A DNA stretch of 64,000 bases from Sphaerodactylus townsendi (lineage: Eukaryota): the NCBI RefSeq assembly GCF_021028975.2, contig NC_059437.1, positions 44,516,001-44,580,000 on the forward strand, given 5' to 3'. The position numbers and the translations under genes are program-made. Below, piece after piece: positions 62,995 through 64,000 of the stretch. The notes beneath the pieces were generated by a model that worked only from the letters and a program-made list of their open reading frames with translations, searched no databases and was not told the DNA's origin. Each line of letters starts with the position of its first letter. The first letter of the stretch is position 1.

Positions 62995-64000
62995 TTATCA
63001 GCACCAACAACCCAGTGAGGCTGAGAGAGTTGACTGGCCCAAGGTCCCTCAGCAGAGTGGGGAGTTGAATCTGGCCCTCCCAGATTCTAGTCTAGGGGTC
63101 TGCATCCATGCTGGCAGGGGCTGATGGGAGTTGTAGTCCATGAACATCTGGAGATGTCTGACACACAAAGGTTACATCAGACGGGTTCTTTTAGCACCTG
63201 ACTAGCTGTGAGTTAAAAAGGGAAAACAGAGCGCAGCAGCTGCGTTATCCAGGCTGGGCGCTGTTCAATGCCTTCCCGTTCATTGTGACTGCAGTGGCAG
63301 GAGAAAAGATGCCTCAATTCCTCACCCTGAGATCTAATTTCTAGAGGTCTCGCAGAGGTAGCTTAACGTAGAAGAACACTTCAGTAGCCAACATTAAACA
63401 GTTTCACAAGGTATCTCCAAAACGTCAGAATACAAACAGGGACTGTCTTTAAAAATGCAGCACTGGGAGCATAAAGTATATATAATCATGAGGACTAGTT
63501 GCAAATGAATTTATAATGAAAAAGTATGAAATTCTATAGGCCTGCACTAAGATCTCCATTACAACAACAACACCAACTCCTGATTTGGGAAGAATTCTTA
63601 ATCTTGCGCAACAAAACACTGGTCGGCAGGTGTGAAGATTACACATACACCCCTGACAGGTATACCTTGTGTCTCTGAATTGAGATTATGACTCACAATT
63701 TCTGCGGCATATAAAAAAAGAGAGCTATCTTTAACTGCAATGACAGTATACTGTTGCTTGCAACTTTTCAGACACCTTCTTCCACTGAAAACATTAACAT
63801 GACTTCACTGAACAGACTGCACAATTGTTTAGCCTGGCATGTTTTTCTGTTCTAGTGCTCACTTCTGCATACAAGGGCTTCTTTCTCGTAATGCACACCT
63901 CTTGATAAAGATCCTGACAGGCAGTTCCCAGAAATGTGACTATTCAAAGGCCGCATCTCATTTTAATTCTGATTCTCAGGTGTGTGCCGCAGTTTACAGT

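Noticed and set aside
58299-64000. Next upstream PPIL2 exon (SQFFITF...HxxFGR)
   Set aside because: No matching sequence found by eye; it probably lies beyond the window.
1-64000. CRISPR arrays or prokaryotic operons
   Set aside because: The sequence is intron-exon vertebrate DNA; repeated palindromes are dispersed MITEs with TSDs, not repeat-spacer arrays.

Overview
Vertebrate genomic DNA from a squamate reptile, most likely a gecko, judged from its SINE, CR1, hAT-MITE and Penelope repeats. It holds two convergent genes in the PPIL2/YPEL1 arrangement known from other amniotes. YPEL1 is on the + strand with a complete 119-aa CDS in four exons (11407-32019), a GC-AG intron, and a TE-free 3'UTR of about 4.9 kb. 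The last four coding exons of PPIL2 are on the - strand (58298-50918). The main unexpected result is a large multi-exon gene remnant on the - strand nested in the YPEL1 introns (~31812 to ~21259). It has about 15 exon-like blocks with splice signals and mostly phase-compatible junctions, roughly 1,200 codons of protein-like sequence I cannot assign to a family, and is disabled by stops, frameshifts and TE insertions into exons. One block overlaps YPEL1 coding exon 26726-26769 on the opposite strand. Other points of interest are palindromic hAT MITEs whose different termini share a core with inverted ACTACA-TTCCCA (ZNF143/THAP11-type) motifs, a Penelope terminus with an intact minimal hammerhead ribozyme, a small Helitron with an internal hairpin, nested TE stacks and a 172-N assembly gap. 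All gene models were read by eye; repeat boundaries are approximate unless a TSD is given.
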